Assembly: GCA_040182905.1 (NCBI GenBank)
Contig: JARQWU010000003.1
Span: 1 to 64,000, forward strand
DNA from: Barthelona sp. PAP020
Lineage: Eukaryota
Direction: 5' to 3'
DNA: 64,000 nt
A program made the position numbers and the translations under genes. Below the pieces are notes generated by a model. That model ran no database searches. It was not told where the DNA came from and worked only from the letters and a program-made list of their open reading frames with translations. Positions 29,487 through 40,700 of the stretch are shown here, one piece after another (within the stretch, counting starts at the first letter, position 1; every line of letters begins with the position of its first letter).

Positions 29487-31901
29487 TTATAAGAAGCAAT
29501 CAAATTCTTCACAATGCGCAATCGATGAATTTTCATTGAATGTATTTTCTGTATTTTCAATATCTTCCTCCTCAACTTCATTAATCACAGGATACGCTGA
29601 TATCAAAGCGTCAGCTCTAGAAATGTATAAAATATTGTAAAACCTCCAATATCTTTCCCGAACCTTTCTTGCTGGATGAAACAAACCACTTAACAAAAAA
29701 TTCAACAGAATATGAGGTCCCAAAGTAACAGTCATTGCCTCAAATGCTTCACCAACTGCCTCAATAATATGGGGGGAATGGTCAAAACAGTTGGGCCAAA
29801 TATAATTCATGAGATGAATGAATACATTCTCCTTATTTTGTCCCCAACAATCCAAAGCTGCATATTTTGTGATTGAACTTGCTAATTGTCGATGAACTCC
29901 ATCTCTATCAATGAGAGCATCCGTTAAAAGACTAACCAAAGAATCCAAATAATGCTTTGCCTCAACGCCAATGTATTCGAACACAAAAACCAAAGCTTTC
30001 AGAACACCATTGTGTACATGTCTTGAAGGTACTCTGTATTCATTCATTAAACCAGGCAATACACTGTAAGCACCACAATGCTTGGCAATAATACCAATTG
30101 CGACTGTTGTAGTAACTCTAGCTGTTCTATTTTGAACTTTCAGATTTGTTAATAATGTATTCAGCACATTTTGAGGACCTAATACCGTAGCTACCGAACC
30201 AAACACTTGAATTACGGTTGAACGAACATCTTTATTCTGATTACGCATTGCATCGACTAAATTAAGGCATATTTGATGCCATTGTCTAGAAGTCAAAGCT
30301 TTTGGATGATTTTCAGCAAAATATCCCAATAATTTAGCAGAATGTAACAAAGTATGTGAATGTCGTGTTCTCAACAAAGGTTCAATGTTCAAAACTATAC
30401 CACTGACATCTTCTTCAACATCTTTTAATTTCAAATGTTTTAAAACGTGGTAGAATGCATCTAAATGAGCGCTCAAAACGTCTTGATTTTGTTCCACAAA
30501 TTGAACACGTAATAGCCCACTCAACGAAGATAACACTTCATTTTGACCACTCCAACTCAAAGGCTTGGCAATTTCACGAATAAGTTCTGAAGCAAATTGT
30601 CTTTTTGAACTATCGTTAGAAATCAATAGATTTTGAAATAATTTGACAAAATCTACCAAATAAATTGGAGTAAGCTCAGCAATCAAACTGATAATTACTG
30701 AAAATGCTTTGACAATTTTCTTTCTCGGTGAAATATCAGTTTCAGATGAATAGTTAGCTAATACATTGAACAATCCATTCTTTATCTGTATACATAAACT
30801 ATCAGAAATATTTACTTTTGACACCTTTTTATGAGCAATAAAAGCCTCAATAGCAAATAATCCCATCTTGCTAAAGAAAGGAGACTCAGAAAATAAACTC
30901 TCAACAATGGAAAATAGTAAAACTTGTGCATCTAATCTGTCTGAAAATTTTACAAGTGTTTTAACAACTAATTCATTCAAAACACGATTCTGTGATGTTC
31001 TAATGTTCCAAAAATTGTTTAAAAAATTTTTAAACAGATCTTCAACCACAACTTCAATAAATTCAGCTTCTAAAATATTCCCACAGACGTTCAAAACAAC
31101 TTTTTTAACAGTGTGATCCTGTGAAGTAAATTCGTATACCAAAGTGTCAAGCAACCGAACACAGTAATAATTTGCAAGGCTCTTGTCAGTAATCGAAGGA
31201 ATAATACTTCCCATTGCATTTAAGTAAATGCTCCTTGTCCTTCCTCTTTCATTAGATAGTCCCATCATTAATATAGGGATAACTTCTTTAAAACTATCAA
31301 ATCCATATGGTCTACACTGTACAGCCAATTGGTTTATACTATTTACAGCGATTGAACGCACAAATTGCTCATCTGTTTGTAAAACAACCATTAAATAACT
31401 GATAAGCTGTGACAAAAATGGTAAAATTGAAGTCCCCATTCTTAACGCTAACTCGTTAATTATTTCAGCTCCTGTCGCTCTAATGTATATATAATTGCTC
31501 TTATTGTATCTACAACAAGTCTTTAAAAACATTAAAAATATTTTGCTATTAAACCCCAAAGAAATAGCAACAATAGCCAAACCTCGAGCGCAGCCAAGTC
31601 GAACATTTTTGTCTGAAGAATCTAAATCACTACGATATGCACTTAACATCTTATTCATTCCAATTGCTTTGGATAGATTTGAAATTATTTCTGATGCTTC
31701 AATCCTTGCAAATACGTCACTTTCTAATAAATATGGGGTAACTAATTGAATAATGCTTCTCGCATATTCACTTAATTTAGATCCATATTTAAAAATGGAC
31801 TTATTGAGTTCTTTGAATCTTTCATGTCTTTCTTTTTCTGATGAAAATGCTTCGAATATCGAATCTTTTCCTAAAAGGTCTTCAATAGGATCATCACTCA
31901 T
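29487..31901 (-). CDS. SF3B1: Splicing factor 3B subunit 1, HEAT-only (N-terminally truncated)
   Basis: ARIEASEIISNLSKA, PYGFDSF, LLTNLKVQNR, VLPGLMNEYRVP, NGVLKAL, DALIDRDGVHRQ, LFHPARKVRERYWRFYN. Confidence 0.95.
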   Translation of the reverse strand: MSDDPIEDLLGKDSIFEAFSSEKERHERFKELNKSIFKYGSKLSEYARSIIQLVTPYLLESDVFARIEASEIISNLSKAIGMNKMLSAYRSDLDSSDKNVRLGCARGLAIVAISLGFNSKIFLMFLKTCCRYNKSNYIYIRATGAEIINELALRMGTSILPFLSQLISYLMVVLQTDEQFVRSIAVNSINQLAVQCRPYGFDSFKEVIPILMMGLSNERGRTRSIYLNAMGSIIPSITDKSLANYYCVRLLDTLVYEFTSQDHTVKKVVLNVCGNILEAEFIEVVVEDLFKNFLNNFWNIRTSQNRVLNELVVKTLVKFSDRLDAQVLLFSIVESLFSESPFFSKMGLFAIEAFIAHKKVSKVNISDSLCIQIKNGLFNVLANYSSETDISPRKKIVKAFSVIISLIAELTPIYLVDFVKLFQNLLISNDSSKRQFASELIREIAKPLSWSGQNEVLSSLSGLLRVQFVEQNQDVLSAHLDAFYHVLKHLKLKDVEEDVSGIVLNIEPLLRTRHSHTLLHSAKLLGYFAENHPKALTSRQWHQICLNLVDAMRNQNKDVRSTVIQVFGSVATVLGPQNVLNTLLTNLKVQNRTARVTTTVAIGIIAKHCGAYSVLPGLMNEYRVPSRHVHNGVLKALVFVFEYIGVEAKHYLDSLVSLLTDALIDRDGVHRQLASSITKYAALDCWGQNKENVFIHLMNYIWPNCFDHSPHIIEAVGEAFEAMTVTLGPHILLNFLLSGLFHPARKVRERYWRFYNILYISRADALISAYPVINEVEEEDIENTENTFNENSSIAHCEEFDCFL

Positions 31902-32075
31902 GTAAAAATAAAGAATAAAAAAACTCTTTCATTGTTAATTATTTGTTATTTATTAAACAATATATTGTAATCATGGCACTGTATCAATTCATTCAAAACT
32001 TTGAATCAATGAAAAAATTAACACAAAAAAAAAATGGTCTCTTACAATTTACAATGTACAATTAAATTTTTCATG

Positions 32076-33413
32076 TTATTTGATATGAGAACTATCAAGG
32101 ATAAGAAGAATTTCTTCATCATGTTCAATTTGAACAAAATTACCCCCTTTTTCTTGATCAAAAATACTTTCAAGGTAAATTTCTCTGTTTTCTTCATTGA
32201 AAATACGAATTTCATGAATAGTATCACTACAAATTTCAAACGTATTAGTTTCTTGACATTTGAGTAAGATTTCATCAAGGTTTCCAACACGAATTATCAA
32301 ATCACCAGAATAATCGTTTTGAAAAATTAGTTTACCAGTGCCAGACTCATCGATCATGTCTAATTCATACTTTTTTGCATCTAATCGAATTTGTTTGGGA
32401 TTTTCAATTTTCAAAGACGAAATTTGGGATTCAGCCTCAACAACAAAGTTGCTCTTTTCGGTGGAATCAATATTATCAGCAATCTTAAATTCTTCAAGCA
32501 ATTCTGTTTGTCCGAATTCTTTTGCCATATCAAAATATTCATATTCATCAATATTTCCATCTGTAACATCGTGCATCGTGTATGAAATATTTAAAACATC
32601 ACCATTTTCTGGACTACCGTCATCATCAGAAGTCAAACTATCATCCACACCAACACTATCAATATTGGGTCTTGTAGTATCCTCATCAATCTGAAATTCA
32701 ACAGAATGTTGTAGGTATTCCAAAGAATCACCGGTGATTCGTCCTTCATCATATATTTGAGGAATGTCCTCTACTTCTTTTAAATCATCATTAGAATCAA
32801 TATCAGACAGGGGTTCGACATCACTATCAATATCAGACATATTATCAGATTCATTCTGTTCGAACATTTCATCATCCTTCATCAAAATCTTCTTTTCTTC
32901 AAGTTCATCACGTGTGGGTCTTTGTTGAAGTTTCTTTTCCAATTCTGCGGCCTTGATATTCTTTTCAAGTTTACGACCTTTGGCTTCAGCTTCAGTAGTG
33001 ACAATACCTGCTTCTTTCAATTCATCACGTGTGGGTCTTTGTTGAAGTTTCTTTTCTAATTCAGTCGCTTTAATATTCTTCTCAAGTTTACGAGCTTTGG
33101 CTTCAGCTTCTGTTCTGATAATACCTTTTTGTTTAAGATCTTCTACAGTCAATTTTCGTTTTAACACTCTTTCTAATTTGTCTTGCGCCTCCAATAATCT
33201 TTTATTTTTCACTTCTTCAAGTTCTTGAGGTGTAAATTTCACAATATGCATTAAAGTAACAATTTTTGAATGAAAATTATTATTTTGAATATCATTAATA
33301 GTTTCATTGTTTCTTTCAAGATAATCTTCTTTTAATTTTTGAAATTCAGGATCTCCTGGATTATCAATTAATTGATCCAACCAAGAATACAATTCTTCAA
33401 AAGAACTACTCAT
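32076..33413 (-). CDS. RPEL-repeat (G-actin-binding) protein
   Basis: Three RPEL-like motifs at 39-aa spacing: LERVLKRKLTVEDLKQKGII, LEKKLQQRPTRDELKEAGIV, LEKKLQQRPTRDELEEKKIL; acidic middle region. Confidence 0.85.
   Translation of the reverse strand: MSSSFEELYSWLDQLIDNPGDPEFQKLKEDYLERNNETINDIQNNNFHSKIVTLMHIVKFTPQELEEVKNKRLLEAQDKLERVLKRKLTVEDLKQKGIIRTEAEAKARKLEKNIKATELEKKLQQRPTRDELKEAGIVTTEAEAKGRKLEKNIKAAELEKKLQQRPTRDELEEKKILMKDDEMFEQNESDNMSDIDSDVEPLSDIDSNDDLKEVEDIPQIYDEGRITGDSLEYLQHSVEFQIDEDTTRPNIDSVGVDDSLTSDDDGSPENGDVLNISYTMHDVTDGNIDEYEYFDMAKEFGQTELLEEFKIADNIDSTEKSNFVVEAESQISSLKIENPKQIRLDAKKYELDMIDESGTGKLIFQNDYSGDLIIRVGNLDEILLKCQETNTFEICSDTIHEIRIFNEENREIYLESIFDQEKGGNFVQIEHDEEILLILDSSHIK
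32904..33110. repeat. 117-bp-period internal duplication encoding RPEL units
   Basis: TTCATCACGTGTGGGTCTTTGTTGAAGTTTCTTTTC occurs at 32904 and 33021, with near-identity continuing to GGCTTCAGCTTC. Confidence 0.92.
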
Positions 33414-33588
33414 TATTTAACAAAAAAGAAAAAAAAAATGTTGCTTTCTTTACCAACATCAAACACTTAAAATTTTAGGTTTGCATGAATTTTAGAAATA
33501 AAACAACCAAAAAACAATTGACTATACAAATTATTTATTATTTAAAAAAAATACCGATTGGAAAAGAGTGAATCTTTTTATTTCTTTC

Positions 33589-34600
33589 CTACATATATTC
33601 AGATAAAACAGCGGTATCAATGGGAGTAGTTGGACGATTACTATATGTTGCTGTGACTTTTGGCTTCAATTGTTTGAAAGAGCAAACCAAGCCTGGGTCA
33701 ACAAACATTATTGCACCACAATTGTTGCATTCATTCAAGTAATTGCTGGCGCTAAATATAGTAACTAATTTTCTTTCTCCTTTATAGAAATCATAACCTC
33801 TTTCACGTACTTGATGAGCTCTACAGATAAGATCAAGGTCATTATTGTGCAAAAATCTATCAATAGCTTTTTTCCCAAAAGATACTGAAATTCCTCTGTT
33901 ACTTGGACCAAACTCATCAATACTTTCATCTGGATCTGCCCAAACAAGATCACATAAGAGTCCCTCTGAAGGCAATTCTCTTGGTCTGGAGATTTTAGCA
34001 ATTTGGTCTAAAGAATGAACATCCGGTCCAATACCACCATGAACGCAAAAAATTCGATCATCTACAGTGGCTGCAATAGGTAAGAAATTAAACAACTGTC
34101 CAAAAGAGCGCCATAATTTGTGCCCATTTTTAAATCTCCGTTTCAATTCATCATAAAATCCGTACATTCTATTAATTCCTTGGCTTTCATGGTTTCCACG
34201 TAAAATAAAGAAGTTTTCGGGATATTTGATCTTATAAGCCAACAATAAACATATAACTTCTAATGATTGTGGACCTCTATCAACATAATCCCCTAAAAAT
34301 AAATAATTGGCATCTGGTGGATATCCACCGTAATCAAATATCCTTAATAAATCTGAATATTGGCCATGTAAATCTCCTATCAAATGGTTAGTGAAAATAT
34401 TTAAAAAATGAAAAAATACCGCAAATAAATAAAGGTGGTGCAATCCTTAATAATGTAGGCTGTTGTTGAAAAATAACTCTGCTTTCTTCAATCAAAGCTT
34501 TAATTTCTTGTTCCGTTATATCAACAGTGTTATTACCATCTTTATGCCTAATCGATATAAGTTTTGATATCATTTCATCTAATGTCGTAACAATTCGCAT
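33589..34600 (-). CDS. PP1: Ser/Thr protein phosphatase PP1-like catalytic subunit; exons 34600-34420 and 34376-33589
   Basis: Splicing joins LFICG to [54 protein letters not shown]-terminal RPTTP. Confidence 0.93.
34377..34419 (-). other. Spliceosomal intron, 43 nt, phase 1
   Basis: GTATTTTTTCATTTTTTAAATATTTTCACTAACCATTTGATAG; removal restores the invariant GDxHG motif. Confidence 0.94.
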
Positions 34601-34787
34601 TGTTTGAAAAATTAAAAAAAAAGTATCTTTTTCTTTTTTTCTGTGACGAAAACAATCAAAAAATAAAATCCAAACATTCCTATTTATTTATTTGTTAAAT
34701 CTCTAAAAGGGAAAAAAAAAGAAAAAAGAAACAACATAATTTATAAATTGATGATAAATAAATCTTACCAAGAATATGATAAATACT

Positions 34788-37700
34788 CTAATAACGTAAA
34801 GCACAAATGAGTGCAACGCCACGTTTGATCCAATATTTTTCTGGTTTGTTGGAAGGAACTTCGATTTTGACGACGAAGTTAGTAGAATGACCTGTTGTGG
34901 ATAAAGTTCCGGCACGTGTCAAAGTTTTATAACAAGGACAATTGTAAATACCAGAAGAAGGAATTTCACGATTTGCAACAGGTCTAAAATGAATAATTGG
35001 GAACACATCAATAAGTTCCTTTGGCTTAGAATCAACAAGAGATTTCTTTTCACTTGACCAAGCAGCACCTTCCAAGAAAAGTCCATCCACATAACACCCA
35101 TCTTCGGGACCTTCTTTTATTGTATCTCTCGTTTGATCAAGAACATCAAATGCAAAAGATATGGTATCGATTGAAACGACATACTTTCTAGCGAAGTTTT
35201 GCAATGTTCCAGTAAGGAAAGCTTGAGGGAAGAAGAAACCAGACATCCAGAACACAGCAGGAGCGCCTTCATCAATCCATCTTTGTAAGAAATTGATTCT
35301 TAGTTGTAAATCTTGAACCCAAGAAGAAAGAGGCTTCAAAGAAGGATATGCAACTTGACTCCATAACTCAGGAACCAAGTTATTGAACAACGAATCACCC
35401 ATGGCTTCTAATTCCAAAGAAAGAACAACTTCTCCCTTCAATGCTTTGATTAAATTGTGTAAGGTAGAATGAACGCGTTCCAATAGACCATTAAAACGAA
35501 CAACTTCTTGTTGTAACACAGTATTCATTGATTCTTCGTACAATGTGGGATAATGCTTAGCGACTTCTTCATAATTGAAGGGTTTAGCCACAGAAGAGAG
35601 TATGGAACTGGCTGTTTGATTAATAACGTCATCTCTAGAAAGACCACCAGAAGAAGTGGTTCTTGGTTGCAAGGATAACAATGTATCAAACATCATCAAG
35701 GTTTCATTGTTAGCATATGTAATATCAGCATTGGCATGTAAACCAAACGTTTCAGGATGTGGCTCCAAAGGTAACTCATCGATGTGTTTAAGATATGAGT
35801 CAAGATCTTCAAGAGTAAAGGAGGCATAAGGAGCATCTTCATTTTGATCCCCAAAAGAATAACCATCAGTAAAGCAACCTGGTGTCATATAATCTTGAAT
35901 AATGGTCATCAATGTGCGTCTATCCCATTCATCAGTGACACGACCACCATAATTAATTTCACCAAAGAGGAATTTTAGAACTTTGAAAGGAATTTCATCA
36001 TAAGTACTTAAGAAAAGATTTAATTGTTGAGTACACACAGTTAAATCACCAGTAGTGAATTCATAAGGTATATTCCAACCTAAAGCACCAAATTTACGAC
36101 GCTCTTGTACAATAGCATGGAATAATGAAAGAGAATACAATAATTTCTTGAATTCATTTGGCTTATCAGGATGTTGAAGGAATTGACTCTCATATGAGTT
36201 GTAAGACCTCAAAAGATTTGCTCTAATTCCTCTAGGAGGTTCATTAGTCATTTTGATACCATTTTGAAGGACAGAAACTGGGAAAGTAGGAGAAGGCATG
36301 GAAGTTAACCACAATCTGAAATCAGGGCGAATGATATCGGGATTGAAGCTTTCTACAATCATTTCCAAAGTTGGCATCCAACTTGATGACAAATGACAAT
36401 TTTGTAACAATACCCAAGCACCACTCTGACAACACTGTTTAATTAATTCAGCAGCCTTTTCACCTTGTCCTTGACCAAGAGATATATGAAGTAATTTATG
36501 TCTCATTTGATCGGCAAAAGCAAATAAATCAGATGCAGGATTTGCACCAGGAGATAAAACGAAGATCAAGGGTGTAGTAGAAGAAGATTCCTTGAATGAA
36601 CCAGCCAAATTGAAAGTAGGAGGAACAATGAATTCAGAACCAAGATTTTCGGTAACAAACATTTGAATAGCTTGAATTTCTTTGTCAGGTCTGAGACATT
36701 TAATAACAAGCAATCTTTGTAAAGAGGAAAGCTTAGAAAATTGAGAAGAGAAAGACTCTTTGTGAGAATTGTTTGAATCAAAGACATTCTTCCATGGAGC
36801 TTCATTTTGAATGAAATCTTTGGCTATTCCTTTAAAAGCAGGTAAATTATCTAATGCACAGATATCATTCCAAACTTTATCTGTTAACCAACTGTATGGC
36901 TTTTCATAAGGAACTACAGTAGAAACAACAGGACTAACCAAGAATCTCCATTCTTCCTGATCAATTTCGCCATTGAATTGCATGATTCTGGATGTCATCA
37001 AGAATGAAAACATCAATTTGTGGTTCTCAAATAAAGAACGACAAATATTGTTATACAATGAATATGTGAAACATTCAGCTATATTCTTGGCACGAATGTT
37101 CAAATCTTCTGCTTCATCAGCATCATGTATAGCATTTATGAATAAACGGATAAACCATTGTAAACTATATTGATACATTGGATCAATATTAGCCATATCG
37201 GCCACACAGAAATATAAAACTGCTGATCTTTGTGCAGCAGGAATATACTTGGAACGAGTTTCATCAATTTCCCTTTCAGTAATTTCAGCTTGAGCAACCT
37301 TTTCATGAATTTGAACGGTAACCTTCTTTGAACCTGCCAAAATATCAATAGCACGATCATCTTCCAAAATGGCATTTTGTGATGTTCTTGCCAATAAGGC
37401 TAAAATATCATCTTCTGTTTGACGTAATTCAGCAATCATAGCGGCATTATCCTTGATCAATTTATTCTTTGCTTGTTCTAATTCAGGTCTTTCTTCTACA
37501 ACAACCTTTGCCAATAATTGATCTTCCAAACCACTTTGAGTGATTGTGAAATTCAACAATGACACCTTAACAGATGTTTCAGGTGAATAATGAGGGTTAG
37601 ATAACTTAGTTGTCATGTAAAGTCTAAAATCTTCATTGTAACTGACAAGATGATCACCTAATTTAATCATGGCTTGTCTACCACCTTCAGAAATTGTTTG

Positions 37701-40700
37701 CTTCAATAACAAAGGTTCTAACATAGGAGGTAATGACTCACCAACATTTTCAATAAGTACAGCCCTACCGAAACGAATGGCATTTTCAAGGTTTCTGGCT
37801 AAATCTTTATCTGTCAATTTTAACACATCCAAACCAGTTTCACTGTGACTGTACATCTGTTTAATCCATTGATTAGCTTGACCTTGAGGATCAATCATCA
37901 AACCCCAACGATTACCCTTTGTTAAAATAATCGCATTCTCTGTGCTCAATCTATCAGAAGGTAAACCATCAAACGTCCATTTTCTGATTTCAACAGGATC
38001 ACCCAAGGTATCGATTAGATTAACACCATGAGTATAAGGAATGTTGAGCATTTCTAATTTTTTACACCATTGATTGATCAACTTTTCACGGAAATCACTG
38101 GTAAATGCACCAAGATATGCTATAGCACCGGAAGAGATCAAGATATCACCAACAACATTAATAGAAAGAATAGATAGTTTCTTAACTTCTTCTTCCCATC
38201 TTTCCTTTTCATCTCCCAAAGATGCCAATAATTTCTCTGCTCTAGTGACCTTATCTTTATTATTTTGCACATCCTTTTCTAATTCCAATTTATGGTCTTG
38301 TTTTTCATGTAAATCAGCTTCCAAATTGCTGATTTTATCTTCAATAGCTTTTAATTTAGAACGTTTTGCTTGTAAAGCACTTTCGGTCTTTTCCAACTCA
38401 GCTTTAGCAGCTTCATGTTCCTTTTCCAAAGGAATAACAGTTAATTTAACATTATGATACTTATAGATGGCAATCACCCAAGCAGCCATAGATTCACAAG
38501 CCTTGGATGATGCTCTTAATTTGGCGGGGTCATATTCAGGATTGTCAATGAACGCAGTAATTTTGGAAATAATGCTTGAATCAATATTATCTCTGTCATA
38601 ATGCATTAATGAATCCATCAATGCAGCACTATTGTTCAATAATTGCTTTGAAGGAGTCCACCAGTCATCAATACGTTTTCCAATAATATTTGGATCTGGT
38701 GCTTTAACAGCTTTAACACCTTTCATAATACAAATTGAATGCATAACAAGTTTAACACCTTCAGGAGGACTGTTATATGCAGCGAGTTCTCTGAAATGGG
38801 ATGCATTCAAGACACTCAATGCAGCTTGTGCATTTTGAAGAACAGGATAAGCTTCACCTAACTTGAAAGCAGCTTCATCAGCAATTTCTTGACATTTCTT
38901 AGCCTGAATAGCAACTTCTTTTTCTTCTTTTTGAACGACTTCTTGAATCTTTTGAGCTTCAACCTTTTGTTTTCCAATATTTTCGATCATCTTTTCGGTT
39001 TCAATACTCTCTTGTTCCAATTTAGGAATCTGTTCAGCCAATGATTGTTGCAGCACATCAACTGATTTTGAAGTGTTTTCAATGGTAGAAATACCAGCCT
39101 GAAGACGAATCTTTGCTTCGGTTAACTTTGAACGCTTATCAACCAATAGTTTCTTCAAAAGATTCAAAAGCTCCAAATAAGAGGTTGGAGTGACATAATT
39201 ATGTCTCCTCAACACTTCCAAATATTCTTTAGACATGACTTGAACAGATTGATGAAATTCAACACACATTTCAACAACAGCATTACGAATTGCAGCATCT
39301 TTGGTGTTATCTTCTTCTTCAAATCGAGTATCAATAAAGGCATCCTTGGCAACACTCAACAAGGCTTCTTCTGGCCATTCTGTGAACCAATCAATGGTAC
39401 AACAATTGACCAATGAAGGGAACTGTCTCAAACGAGATCTAAATTCTTCTCCCATAGGAGAAAAGCACAAAACAACATGAATATTGTGTCTCACACGTCT
39501 GGTAAAGAGGTTGAACAAATTCAACTTTGTTGGAATAATTCCAAGAGATGTAGCGAGAGGACGCATTGTGTTATAGATTTGATCAAGTTCTTGTTCATCA
39601 AATAAGTTGGGAATCTCACCAGTATTCAATATGTTGTTTATATCTTCAACAAAACTCTCATCCACAATTTGTGTATCAGCAAAAAGGAACACAGTTGGTT
39701 TTTCATCAAGACCACATGATCTCAAAACTTGCATGAGATTTTCTCTCCACTGTTCTTTGCCATAATTCTTGGAAACTTCAATGTTAAACACCTGCATGCC
39801 ACACATATGAGCAGCTAATCTAGTGAGTGATCTACGACCAGAACCACCAACACCCAACAACAAAGCATTACCTTGAGGTTGAGAAATAATTCTTGATATT
39901 CTGCAAACATGAGCAACAGCATTCTCAAACATAATCAACTTCATTGGTGCACTTTCTTCTTCATTGTAATCACGTAGAGTCTCTTCTACACTGCTAATTA
40001 ATTTAGGCTTTTGGATAACTTCCGCATATCCATTAAAACCAGTTCCTGATTGATTCACTGTGAACATTAATTGTAATTGACCCTTATGTTGGTCAATAGA
40101 TATTCCAGTGCTTTCACCAAGCTCACTAATACTCATTTTGAAATCTTTTTGAATTATCTCTTCGAGCATTGATGAAAAGTTAACCCTATCTGTGTCATTG
40201 ATAAGACGATCAGCGAACACTCTCAAATTTTCATGAATTAACGATTTGATGACATTATACTTTGAAGAAACCAAATACTTTGGATCACACATGAGCATTC
40301 CTTGAATGATAGAAGATAAATCTCTGAGGTTGAAAGTGTAATGAGATTTAGCAGGTGTTGGCAACAATTGATCACAAGCAAAACCATATATTTTAATCCC
40401 TGCTTCAACAACTGTTTCAACAAGTGATTTTACTTCATTGGAAATGCCTTGAACTGTGTATGTATGATTCATAATGGTAGTAAAGATAGACTTTAAGGAC
40501 TTATTTGATAGTTCAGGGAAACTTAAGAAATTGTAATGTCTCAACAATCTATTAGTAACAGGGTTTCTACCACCACCAGGAGGTCCCATTGCTGAAACAA
40601 AATGACAATCAACGATTTGTTTCAAATACAATGCTTTACGGTCATACCAACCACCATAATCCATATATTGTCTAATTAACTCAATAGGAGGTTGGGCCCC

